This document shows, piece after piece, positions 20,240 to 36,185 of a DNA stretch of 64,000 bases; the stretch's first letter is position 1; every line of letters starts with the position of its first letter. The stretch is from NCBI RefSeq assembly GCF_009914755.1, contig NC_060930.1; one strand, 5' to 3'. The translations under genes and the position numbers were made by a program. The stretch is from the human T2T-CHM13v2.0 reference genome, Homo sapiens. The notes under the pieces were generated by a model. That model had not been told where the DNA came from. It did no database searches and saw nothing but the letters and a program-made list of their open reading frames with translations.

Positions 20240-21205
20240 TTATAGTTAAGTCTTGATACACAATAGGGCAAGCTCTCCAATCTTGTTCTCCAAAAATATT
20301 GTTTATTCTTGACCCTGTGTATTTCCATGTAAATTTTTAGAATAAGATTATCAAGTCACACATAACACATACACCCACCTCTACCTGTTGGGAATTAGAC
20401 TGGAACTGTTATTAAACCTATCATATTGGGAAGTACTGATATTTATACATTTCTTTCTATCCACGAACATAATACATTGCTCCAACTACTTCAGGATTTT
20501 TAAAAGTCTCTTAATGTTTTATAGTTTTCTAAAGAGAAGTCTTATACATCATTATTTATTTGTATGTAGATGTTTTTATAATACTGGAACCACAATATAT
20601 ATTGTTGTATATATAGAAAATAAATTGATTTTTTAATATTGACCCTATATCCCAAGATCTTCCTAATCTCTAACCTATCTGCAATTATTTTGGATTTTTA
20701 AATGTACACAATCATATGTGAATAGTGACGATTTCCTCCATTCTAATCCATTTTATATATTTTATTTCTTTTTCTTGCCTTACCACACTAGCTATAATCT
20801 TTAATACAATGTGAAATACGTATTTCATATACATAAGGATGATGGCAAACATCCTTGTCTTTTTAACTCAAGCAGAAAAGGCTTCAACATTTCACAAGGC
20901 GTCTGTAATACGGTTTTTTTTGTGGTTATTTTGTTTTATAGACACCTTTTAATAGATTAAGGAAGTTCCTTTATTATTATTTTATTTTAATAAGTTTCTG
21001 GGGGAACACGTGGTATTTGGGTGCATGTATAAGTTCTTTAGTGGTGATTTCTGAGATTTTGGTGTACCCATCACCCAAGCAGGGAACACTGTACCCAATG
21101 TGTAGTCTTTTATCCCTCTCCGTCCTCTCACCCTTTCTCCCAAGTCCCCAAAGTCCATTGTATCATTCCTATGCCTTTGCATCCTCATAGCTTAGCTCCC
21201 ACTTA

Positions 21206-21557
21206 TGAGTGAGAACATACAATGTTTGGTTTTTCATTCTGGAGTTACTTCACTTACAGTAATAGTCTCCAATTCCATTCAGCTTGCTATGAATGTCATT
21301 ATTTTCATTCTTTTTTATGGCTGTGTAGTATTCCATGGTGTGTCTGTGTATATATATATACATATACACCATGGTGTTTGTGTGTGTATTCCATGGTGTA
21401 TACACACACACACACACACACACACCATGGAATACTACACAGCCATAAAAAAGAATGAAAATAATGACATTCATAGCAAGCTGGATGGAATTGGAGACTA
21501 TGACTGTATGTAAGGTAACTCCAGAATGAAAAACCAAACATCGTGTGTTCTCACTCA
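21206..21557. repeat. Inverted repeat with 138-bp arms and a microsatellite spacer
   Basis: 21206-21343 is the reverse complement of 21420-21557 with 7 mismatches by hand count. Confidence 0.95.
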
Positions 21558-21599
21558 CTTTTCTTTATCCACTTGTCGAATGATAAGCATTTGGGCTGG

Positions 21600-21743
21600 T
21601 TCCATATTTTTGCAATTATAAATTTGTGCTGCTATATACATACTACATACATCCATATTTTTGCAATTACAAATTGTGCTGCTATATACATGCTATATAC
21701 ATCCATATTTTTGCAATTACAAATTGTGCTGCTATAAACATGC
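21600..21743. repeat. Tandem triplication of a ~50-bp L1 segment
   Basis: TCCATATTTTTGCAATTACAAATTGTGCTGCTATA x3. Confidence 0.93.
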
Positions 21744-22426
21744 AAGTGCAAGTATCTTTTTTGTAAAATGACTTCTTTGTACAATGACTTTTTTATAGTA
21801 TCTTTTTTATATAATGCCTTCTTTTCTTCTGGGTAGATATCCAATAGTGGGACCGCTGGATCAAATGGTAGATCTACTTTTAGTTCTTTAAGGAATCTCC
21901 ACACTGTTCTCCATAGTGTTTGTACTAGTTTACATTCCCACTAGCAGTGTGAAAGTGCTCCTTTTTCAACACATCCATAACAGCAGCTATTGTTTTTTGA
22001 TTTTTTTTATTATGGCCATTCTTGCAGGAGCAAGGTGGTATTGTGGTTTTGATTTGCATTTCCCTGATTATTAGTGATGGTGACCATTTTCTCATGTTTT
22101 TTGGCCACTCGTATATCTTCTTTGGAAAATTGTTTATTCATGTCCTTAGACTACTTTCTGATGGGATTTTTTTTTCTGATATTTGAGTTCATTGTAGATT
22201 CTGAATATTAATCCATTGTCAGATGTACAGAGTGTGAAGATTTTCTCCTATTCTGTGGGTTGTCTGTTTACTTTGCTGCTGTGTAGAAGCTTTTTAGTTT
22301 AATTAAGTCTTATATATTTATCTTTGTTTTTGTTGCATTTGTTTTTGGGTTCTTGGTCAGGAACTGTTTGCCTAAGCCAATGTCTAGAAGGGTTTTTCCG
22401 ATGTTATCTTCTAGAATTTTGTCTTG

Positions 22427-22655
22427 TTTTTATTTTTTTGAGACAGAATCTCGCTCTGTTGCCCAAGGTGGAGAGCAGTGGCATGATCTAAGCTCACTGC
22501 AACCTCCACCACGCCCAGCTAATTTTGTATTTTTAGTAGAGATGGGGTTTCACTATGTTGGTCAGGCTGGGTCTCGAACTCCTGACTTCAGGTGATCCAC
22601 CCACCTCAGCCTCCCGAAGTGCTGGGATTACAGGTGTATGCCACCATGCTTGGCC
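22427..22655 (-). mobile_element. AluS with an internal deletion
   Basis: GCAACCTCCACC joined directly to ACGCCCAGCTAA (CCACC microhomology). Confidence 0.9.
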
Positions 22656-22807
22656 TTGGGTTGATCTTTTTATAAGGTGAGAGATGAGGATCCAGTTTCA
22701 TTCTTCTACATGTGGCTTGCCGATTATCGCAGCAATATTTGTTGAACAGAGTGTCCTTTCCCCACTTTATGTTTTCATTTGTTTTGTTGAACATCAATTG
22801 GCTGTAA

Positions 22808-23163
<356 letters not shown>

Positions 23164-24005
23164 TATGTGCCTATTTTTATACCAGTACCATGTTGTTTTG
23201 GTTAGTATGCCCTTATAGTATAGTTTGAAGTCAGGTAATGTGATGTCTCCAGATTTGTTCTTTTTGCTTAGTCTTGCTTTAGCTATGCAGGCCCTTTTTT
23301 GGTTCCATATGAATTTTGGGAGTTTTTTTTCTAGTTCTGTGAAGAATGACAGTGGTATTTTGATGGAAATTGCATTTTGTAGATTGCTTTTGGCAGTATG
23401 GTCATTTTCACAATACTGATTCTACCCACCCATGAGCATGTGATGTGTTTCCATTTTGTTTGTGTTTTCTATAATTTCTTTCAGCAGTGTTTTGTAGTTT
23501 TCCTTGTAGAGGTCTTCCACCTCCTTGGTTAGGTATATTTCTAAGTATTTTATTTTATTTGTTGCAGCTATTATAAAAGGGTTTGAGTTCTGGATTTGAT
23601 TCTCAGCTTGGTCACTATTGGTGTATAGCAGTGCTACTTATTTGTGTATATTAATTTTGTATCCTGAAACTTTACTGAATTCATTTATCAGTTCTAGCTT
23701 TTTGGATGAGTCTTCAGGGTTTTCTAGGTATATGATCATTTCATTGGTGAACAGCGACAGTATGACTTCCTCTTTACTGATCTGGATGCCCTTTCTTTTT
23801 CGTTGGATTGCTCTGGCTAGGACTAACAAAGTTCCTATTACTACCTGCCCAAGATTTTAAAAAAATCATGCTATCAAATGTTTTTCCTACATTTATCATC
23901 ATGTTACTCTTACTCTGTTAGTGTGGTGAATTATATTGACTGTGGGGTTTTTTTGTTGGTAAACAACCCTGCACCCTTGGAATTAATCTAATTGTATGAG
24001 ATGTA

Positions 24006-24159
24006 TGTGGTAGGGAGAATAATGGTCTCCTAAAGCTACCCATGATCTTATTCTCCTGAATCTATGAATATGTTACATTATATGGCAAAGGGCTTAGAAT
24101 TAAGGTAGTCAATGGAGTTAAGATTTCTAATCAGCTGACCTCAAAATAGGAAGATTATC
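24006..24159 (+). mobile_element. MLT1 (MaLR, MLT1D/E-like) LTR 5' fragment
   Basis: TGTGGTAGGGAGAATAATGG...GAATATGTTACATTATATGGCAAAGGG...AATCAGCTGACCTCAAAATAGGAAGATTATC. Confidence 0.75.
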
Positions 24160-24215
24160 TTTTTTTTTTTTTTTTTTTTTTTTTTACCAATTACTGGATT
24201 TAGTTTGGGTTTGTC

Positions 24216-24252
24216 ATTACTTTTTGGCCTTTTGGCTAAGATCAAGTGTAGT
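24216..24252 (+). pseudogene. Tailless 3'-truncated U2 snRNA retropseudogene (U2 nt 1-37)
   Basis: GGCCTTTTGGCTAAGATCAAGTGTAGT is identical to U2 nt 11-37; TSD TAGTTTGGGTTTGT / TAGTTTTGGTTTGT. Confidence 0.9.
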
Positions 24253-24274
24253 TTTGGTTTGTTAATATAATTAG

Positions 24275-24622
<348 letters not shown>

Positions 24623-25873
24623 AAAATGGTCCGTTATCTTAATGTAATGTCCTTGAAAAGTTTTTTGTTTTTGTATTAATTTCTAGAATAAGGACATTGT
24701 GGTCAGAAAATACACTTTGTATCACTTCATCCTTTTAAAATGTATTTACACTTTATTGTCCAAAATAGTCAATTTTTGTAAACATTCCAGGGATACTGAA
24801 AAAGAATATACATTTTGTTATTGGTGGTTGCAGTGGTCTACGTATGTCCATTAGTTACATCTGCTAATGTACCTACATCTTCTATAGCTTTACTGAGTTT
24901 TGTCTACTGGTCTATCAGAGAGACATGTTAAGACTGCCCACTAAGACTATACAGTTGTTAAATTCTCCATATGATTTATATATTTCAAGACTATGTTATT
25001 AGGTATATTTACCATTATTAAGTTTCCTCTATCTCTAATAATATGGTTTTTGCTTAAAAGTCTAATTTTTGTAGCCGTACCAGCTCTTTTGGTTGTGTTT
25101 GCATGATAGAGCTTTTCCTTTCAACCTTCTCCTATCTTTGTTTTAAACATGTCTCTTCACAGAATACAGTTAGCTGCTGCCTTTTGCTTTATTTTTCTTT
25201 AACTTAGTTTGTTAATATCTGACTACTTTTATTGGTATAATGCTAACGTTCTTTCTGCCCAAGATATTCTACTTGCCCTACTCCTACTTGTTCTTCAAAT
25301 TTTAGCTCCAATGATAACATTCCCTGATCCCCCAGTCTCAATGAGATGTGGTCCTCCTGTTAAAATTTTCTCACATCAACCTCTAATTTTTCCTTATGAC
25401 ACTTGTCTCAGTTTGTAATTATGTATCTTCATGATTGATTTCTGTCTCCTTTATTAGTCATAAAGCAGGTTTCATGTGTTTTACAGTATCCTTGGTGCCT
25501 GGTACATGCTTGGCACATAAGAAATGTTAAATATGTATCTGCTGAATAACTCAAAATTTCTTAATTCCAGTTCATATCTCTCTCCTAAAGCTGCAGCTAT
25601 GCATATGCAACTGACTTCTAGAAATTTTTACTTGGAGGTTCCATAAAACCTATTAAATTCAAAACATTCAAAACTGAATTCCTTATATTTTCCCCTTCAA
25701 ATCTAGGCATCATCTTCAATTCTGCCATACCACTGCAATCTCTTCTCTATATCCAATAGAGGATCAAGCCTTATTAATTCTAAATTAACATCTCTCATAT
25801 TCTGATAATCCTTTTCTATTCTAACTGCTACTACTTTAATTCAAACCATAGTCCTCTCTCACTTGGTTAGACT

Positions 25874-28040
25874 TATGAAAACAGGTAATTCAAAATCTAA
25901 GCTGTTGGACTCTATTTTGCGCCTTAAAGGAATGTGATTATGGGACCTCAGTCACGTGACAGGCAGCTGTAACTTATGCAGCTGTAACCTTTGTTTCTCT
26001 GATTATATACTGGCCTCCTTCCTTACCTACACTGTTTTATAAAATGTTGCACATGACGAAAGGACCCCAGGGAAGACCTCTTCCTTCTTCACTGCTGATT
26101 TTCATTATGGATTAACTTCCCTCTGACCTTTCTCACACAAAGACTTTGTGGCTATCACACTGTCATAAGATGGAATGTTAAGCATACTCTTTAAAATCAG
26201 AAAGGAAATTAAAAAACATCTGTAAAGGAAAGAAAAGCCAGGTGGAAAAGAAAATAAACTGTAACTAATTACTGTAACTCATAAACCAGACTTCTATTAA
26301 AAAGAAGTTGCAATCCTATTAAATTTCTGTTTTCCTCCTATGTAAGTATCACAGGGTCCTTAGGGTGTGTCACTTTTCCAGCTGGAAACCTCTGTGGCCA
26401 GTGGCACCTGTGCCAGAGTTTTGCTCAGGGCCACTGGGCTTGTTCCGCTCACTCAGCCTGGCAGGCTGCGCAGCTCATACTACCAGCCTGGATCCCACAC
26501 CTGCCAAGGGTGAGCCAGGCACGGAGTGGCAAGGGGTGTGTAAGCAAGCACAGGGTCTGGCCACTGTGCATAGCCAAGCATGCTGGCTGCAGTGGGGCAG
26601 GGAGCTCCAGGTGCTGGCACAGGTGTTGGCTCCCTGAGAGGCTGCGGCTGGACTAGGTATACCACAAGTGGCTTCCACCACAGGAACCAGGGAACACTGT
26701 GGTGCCCAGAAGCTTGTAGACACCAGGAACTGCAGAGCCCCAAAGAGAGTGTCACAGCAATGGCTTAGGAAGCTCCTAGGTCTGGGATCTCCAAAGGCCA
26801 CAGCTATTTTCACCTTCTCTCTTCTCTTCTTCTCATTGCCTGCAATGTGGCAAGTGAGGATCATGTTTCAGCTCTGTGTTATAGCTCTTCCAGTCCTGCC
26901 ATTCAGCAGGTCCCGAGTTCTTGTCCCACGTCTGGGAAGAATGAAGCATGTGAAGAGGAGCATCACTGAGCGACAGAACAGCTCTCAGGACACCGGAAGC
27001 GGGTAGTCCCTTTTCACAGGCAGATCATCCCAATGAGTGTCCAGCTCTCAGCAGAGAAGAGACCAGGAGTGGGTAGCTCTTCTCCATAGGGAGGTTGTCC
27101 CAATGAGTTGAGGAGACCCAAAGTGGGTAGCTCCTTCCTGCAGCTAGTAGTCCCAATGTCTGTGTGAATCTGGCTGAGTCTGAAGTTTTTATGGGCTCAG
27201 AAGGGAGGAAGAGCATGCTGATTGGTCCATAGGCGGCCATGGGTGGGCTTGGAAAAGACACCATAAGTTCTCACTGTGGTCCACAGAACTGAGAGCCCAG
27301 CCCCCAGGCTACAGGCCTTCCCTGGCTTAAAGATGGGGTTTCACTTGGGACCCACCCTTTTCCACTCAGGAGCCTGTCTGCCTCCTGTCACCATCAACAT
27401 GCTGTCCATGGCACCCAGGCTGTTCATGCTGAGAGATGCCTTCAGGCCTGAGCCGAGCTTCCCTCAGCCTCACTTCCATTTTCCTCCCATGCTCATAGGC
27501 ACCCAAAGTCTGGAGGGGGTCAAGGTGGCAGGGGTTGGTGTGTCAGTACTGCCTTGAGCACACACACACCTGGCCAGCTTGTGACACCACCCGGGCTTAG
27601 CCACAACTTTGCTCTGCCCTGGAACAGGTGCCGGGATCGGGGAGAGACCAGGGAGTGGGAGCAGGCACTTCCAAGCCTGTGGGGGCAAAGAGATTTCCCA
27701 GGCCCCCAAGAGCACGGGGATGGCCAGGACCACAGCCCGTGGCTGGGTGGCTGCAGTTGTGCCCAGTAGCACAGGGCTCCCACCCCACCAACTTGGTAGA
27801 GCGCAGGGCTCCCACCTGTTCCCAGCCCTGACCGCTCCTCCCCCGTTGCAGCCAGCATCTTTGCAGCAGCTGCTACATACGGGCTGCTGCCGCCATCATA
27901 AGCAAAACCTTAACTTTTAACTTCAGAGCACTGACCCCATTTCTCTGAAGTCTGCATCTCCTGAATGGCTATTCCCAGCTTTTTGCTTGAATAAACTCTT
28001 TAAACTGGATTCTGATTCTTTCAATTATCTTAGGTTGACA
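25874..28040 (+). mobile_element. ERV1 solo LTR (LTR54/MER4-group-like), split by MER52
   Basis: 4-bp TSD GACT (25870-73 / 28041-44); AATAAA at ~27990; ends TAGGTTGACA. Confidence 0.75.
26347..27898 (-). mobile_element. MER52 solo LTR (ERV1), GC-rich, same orientation as WASF1
   Basis: Minus strand starts TGATGGCGGCAGCAGCCCG; 4-bp TSD TAAG (26343-46 / 27899-902); 1.55 kb. Confidence 0.88.
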
Positions 28041-28145
28041 GACTAGACTTTCTTCCTCCAGTCTTATATTTTCTCCTTGTCATTCCATCTACACCACCAC
28101 TCCCACCAATTCAATCCATCCCACACCACTGCTTTAAGAATAGAG

Positions 28146-29576
28146 CAGATCCCCTCCAATCCATGGAGGATACATTCCAAGACCTCCAGTGGATGCCTGA
28201 AACCACAAATAGTACTGAGCCTATATATACTATGTTTTTTCCTATTCATACCTGTAACATTTAACTTATAAATTAGACACAGTAAGAGGATAACCCAATA
28301 ACTAATAATAGAAAATTATAATAATATACTATAACAAAAGTTGCATGAATATGACCTCTCGCTCTCTCAAAACATCTAATTGTACTTGTAATATTATGAA
28401 ATATTTATTTGGTTGGCTTTCCACCCAATTTTCTGGGATACAACTTCTAAATTCCTTAGAATATCTAAAGCATTGCTTTTTTGTAGGATTGGGGCTGGTC
28501 ACCTGAAAGACAAATGCATGATTAGAGGGTTGGAACTTTCAGCCCCATCCCCCTAACATCCAGGGAGCTGAGACAGGCTGAATGTTAAGTTGACACCAAT
28601 AGCCAAAGGTTTATTCAATCATGTCTATGTAATGAAGCCTCCCTAAACACTCATAAGGATGGGTCTGGAGAGCTTCCAGAGAGGTAAACACATGGAGGTT
28701 CCTGGAAAGTGGTATGTCCTGGAAAGGCATGGATGCTCTATGCCCCTTCCCCTATAACTTGCCCCATGCATTCTTATCTATGTTCCTTGTAATACCCTTT
28801 AATAATAAATTGGTAAGTATAAGTGCTTCCCTGAGTTCTGTGAGCCACTCCAGCAAATTAATCAAACCCAAAGGGGGAGTCATAGGAACCCAACTTGAAG
28901 TGGGTAGGAACAGAAGTTCCAGAGGCCTGAACTTGCAACTGGTATCTCAAGAGGTGGCAGTCTTGTGGGACTGAACCCTCAATCTATGGGATCTGACACT
29001 ATCTCCAGGTAGATAGTGTCAGAATTGAATTGAAGAACACCCAGCCAGTGTCTGCTGAAGAATTAATTGCTTGCTTGGTGTGCGGGGAAAAACCCCACAC
29101 AACTGATCACACAAGTATTCCGTGTTGATTGTTGCTGTGGTGTGAGAGCAGAGGAAAAACACATTGAGTGTGTTTCTTCAACTCACAGTACTGAACTCCC
29201 CCTTCTTGTGATGGTGTGAAATGATAAAATGCCTACAGGATCAGATGAAATGAGGTGAATGACATAGCTACTGTGACATAGTGTTAAGCTATGTCAGAAG
29301 GAGCCATGACAATGTCAACGGTTGAAAGTCAGGAGCTGAGGATGTCAATGACCAATGAGAAGGAAGCATATACAGTGTGGATATGCTAGACAAAAGGATG
29401 AATCACATTCCAGGCAGGATGGCACAAGATTTCATCATGCTACTCAGAATCACATGCAATTTAAAACTTATGAATTTTTTTTTCTGGAATTTTCCATTTA
29501 ATATTTTTGGGCCATGGTTGACCACTGGTAACTAAAACCACAGAAAGCAAAACCATGAATGAAAGGGGGACTATTG
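28146..29576 (-). mobile_element. MER44/Tigger7-family DNA element, split by MER21
   Basis: CCAAGACCTCCAGTGGATGCCTGAAACC at left; TGGAATTTTCCATTTAATATTTT...GGGGGACTATTG at right. Confidence 0.8.
28387..29187 (+). mobile_element. MER21 solo LTR (ERVL class)
   Basis: TG...CA termini, 5-bp TSD GTACT (28382-86 / 29188-92), AATAAA at ~28804. Confidence 0.85.
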
Positions 29577-29589
29577 CATTATAAAAATT

Positions 29590-30135
29590 TTGAATCTGGA
29601 AATGTCCTTCTGCAAAATCAAACCCTTCCTTGGTTCCTTGTTGTCAGGGTAAAGTCCAAACATAATATACAAGGTTCTTCAGGATTTAGCCCACCTCCTC
29701 ACTTCTACCCTCATTTCTCACTACACTCCTACATTATACTCTAATTATTCTAAATATATCTTACTGTTTTATAGTCCTGCCTTTCCTCATGCTGCTCTCT
29801 GCCTGGGATGTATTTCACTTTTTTATCCTCAGAGAGAATATATAATTGTTCAAGACTAGACTCAGGCAGCAACTCTTTTCTGAAGACTAACTGAATCCCC
29901 CAGGCAGATGTAACCATCTACTCTTTGATGCCCTCAACATGGATCCACAAATGCATCTACCGAATTACTACCAATTATACTTTACTATACTGTGCTTATT
30001 TGTTTACACATCCATGCCTGAATGTCAGCTTTTAGAAGGCAAAAATCTTGCCTTACTCGCCTTACTCAACTTGTATCTCCAAGATCTAGAACACAGATGT
30101 TCAACAGCTAATCAATAAATAAATGGAAGAAATAA
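29590..30135 (+). mobile_element. L2 3' fragment
   Basis: Degenerate L2 3' motifs ending TCAATAAATAAATGGA. Confidence 0.55.
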
Positions 30136-30153
30136 CAAAATCATGAGCTTTAA

Positions 30154-30455
<302 letters not shown>

Positions 30456-32303
30456 CACACATACACTTTCTAAAGCAACTACTTAATCATGATTCTAAGG
30501 AGCTGCTTTTTTGTATGTGCATGGAAAAGAAATACATTTGAGAAAAATAATATCTTACAAATGTATTATGGAATCATAGGCTTGCTTGTTTCACTCTCCC
30601 AAGAAAAAGCATGGATGGATCATATCTTACTCATTTCTTCATCTTTATGGGCTAGCTCAGAGTTCAAGGGTATAAAATCACACACATTTTGATGAAAGGA
30701 ATGTACAGCATACAGACTAGTTTTGAAATATTATCCAAATCGCAAAAGAAAAATGGCTTTCATTGTGATTAAAATAGTGCCTTTAGGTACAATGCAAAAG
30801 CTTTTTAGAGAGAAAACCTTTCCTCATCCTTTCTTTTTACTTCAGTTTCAACACCAGATCCATTTTCTTATTTCTCTACCTTATTCCTTGGTGATTTCTA
30901 ATGTCATTTATCTAACTCAACTATCAAAATCTCAGTGGCAGAAAGTAAAATAAAGCCTAATAACTTTATCTCCTAAATCCTGAGAAAACTGCCTGATTCC
31001 CATTTTAGAGCAATCCCAACACCATCTTTTTCATGGGATCCTTTGTCAGGCTAGAAAAGAATTTTAAAAAAATCAAAAAACAAAAGAAACCCTAAATGCT
31101 AAAAGGTATAATTTAATCATCAAGCAAATATAAAATCAAATTCATCTCAGTATTTTTAATACTGCAAATGATACACTGTTTAAGAATTTAAACATTGCAT
31201 AGAATGAACCAATTACATATAATTTAACATCTTTTAATCCATCAGTGCCTAACTTGCTTAATAAGGGGGAACTTTTTTATTAAAAAGGGCTAAATTATAC
31301 GGTGCTATAACATAAAATAACCAATTTTTGAATTTCCCGACTATTATATAACACATGTGGTTCCAAAAGTAATTTGGTTTCCCAATGATGTAAAAAAAAA
31401 AAAAAAAAAAAAACTAAAGCAATTCCCAAGTTTCTTCGTTTATTTTCCTGTGTTCTTATCAATTAAACTATCAATTGCTGAAGCAAACATCAATAGATTG
31501 TTGAGAGTACGTAAACTAAAGAATATATCCCCTAAAAAGATTTTAAAATAATTTTTAAGAATAACTTAGCTAAAATCTTAATAATCTGTTTTTAATTTTA
31601 AAAAAAACCTTTTCATGGGTATACTTTTAAATCCTGATATAGATTTTAACATTAAAAATAAAATGAGCTACAATACTGTTTATAAGATCTCACAATATCT
31701 TATATTGAAAGCCCTCTTTTAAGAAGGCAAGGAAAATGAAACTACTGAAATCTAACCATAGCAAAATGTTTGACAGAATTCTAAATTGTTTATTTTGATG
31801 ACTACTGCTAATATTGATAATATACTCTCTGTTAAAGAATGCCTTCTCTTGATTCAAAATGAGGCATATATATGTATGAGTATAAGCAATATATAAAGTA
31901 TTAAAAATAACCCAAGATCAGATGTCATAATGATTTTATGAATTGAGAAATCAGAAAAGTACACTATCTAAATTCTGATTTCAGAACTCAAAAAATGGCC
32001 TGTAAAGTTTATTTAAAACGTTTAAAGGACTCCTTGTAGTTAACAATTCAGAGGAAAATAAAATAGCTGCTTATTTTAAGATGTCACAGAAATAATTACA
32101 TTAACAGTTAATAATTGCTTTATGGGTTATACAAAGAACATAAGAATTAAAAGTATTTTATTACCTAATCAATGACAAGTGATTAATTCTTTACATTCAT
32201 GGTCAATGAAATAATTTACGATCATTTAAAGGTGTTTCAGTATTTTTAAAATGACATTAATGTTAACTAAAAAATTATATGTCATAGAAATATAATTTTC
32301 ATT

Positions 32304-34578
<2,275 letters not shown>

Positions 34579-35505
34579 AAATATAATTTTCATTTTTCAC
34601 AATACAGTATTAAATACTTATTCAAACTAAAGGATTACATTATGTGACCTAAAGGAACAGGTTAAAATAAGTATTCTAATAAAAACAATTTCAATATTTC
34701 AAATATGTTAAGAATTTTGGGTAGGGCAAATACTTATTAAGAAATGTCCTCCCTTCTTAAGAATAGAAGCCACTTAATTTTGCACAATTGGCAAGTTAAA
34801 TAATTTGAGTATAAGAATGTTTAAATAGAGCTTTGCTCTTCATAGAAATAATTTTCTTAATAAACTCCCATGCCAATGACAAAATACTTTATAATTGTGA
34901 CAGATATTATTAAATATAAAAATTTAAAATAAGAATGCATGAAGAACTGTACATTAAAAATATATCTAATTTTTTATTTAAAAATATATATATCTAACTT
35001 TAAAACCATATTTCAATTATACAAAACCACAGGTCTTTAAACGGTGATTTAATATAAAATATATTTGCAAGGTTATTGTTTAGAAGTGTATCAGAAACAG
35101 AATTTTATAATTTACCTTTCCCTAAATCTATAATGCACATTATCTCAAACTGTTTCATTATTGTAAACTAAAAAACTGAAGTTCAAAATAACTTCACTTA
35201 CCAGTGAAATAGAAGCTTGTGTTTCTTGTGTAAAACCACCTCAGGAATATATAGAAATCATAAATTTCCTCTTTGTTGTGAGAAGCAAACTTTAAAACTA
35301 CTCACTACTCATGAATCTCTAAAGGAGATTCATAGGAAAATGACAAAACCAATTTAGGTACTCACAGGACTAAAGAACTAGTCATCATGCTGAACATCTC
35401 CAGTTATTTGCTCTGAGGTACTCTGGCTCTTGGTTTAAAAAAAACTGCCCTAAGAACAGTGCTATCTTTACCAAAAATAAATATATAAATAATTATGTCA
35501 CCTGA

Positions 35506-35808
<303 letters not shown>

Positions 35809-36185
35809 TCACCTGAAGTCACAATAGCAAAGCATTAAATTTTGATAGGCTACTAAAGTCGAAAATAACACATTGCTAAGCAAACTAAAGCAAAAAGGAA
35901 ATGAAGAAATAAGCTACATACTCAGCAATTCATAACACTGACATTTCTGACAGAGTCAAGAAAACTGTATGCTAATGAAATAATCAATAGTATTATACAC
36001 CTATAGAGTGGAAAGAAGACTGTATATAGTCATCTTAGTAATAAAATCCACTAAATAGTAGTATTTTCTTATGTGATTCCATGTTACTCTCAAAGAAAAT
36101 ATGTACTTCCTTTAAATTAATATAACCACTACTGAAACTTACTTGACAAATCATTATACAAGCATAATACTGCACCAAGGTTATT

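Noticed and set aside
21205-21558. Mirror-image ORF pairs (102 aa and 78 aa on both strands)
   Set aside because: An automatic consequence of the palindrome in antisense L1 sequence plus dinucleotide repeats.
21600-21743. 50-bp repeats as a CRISPR-like array
   Set aside because: The units are head-to-tail L1-derived duplications with no unique spacers, in human intronic DNA with no cas genes.
24160-24185. Poly(T) tract as a separate retro-insertion
   Set aside because: No body or TSD is identifiable; more simply an expanded mononucleotide run at the MLT1/L1M junction.
26365-27920. Dense overlapping 60-130 aa ORFs
   Set aside because: They arise from GC-rich MER52 LTR sequence poor in stop codons and resemble no protein family I recognise.
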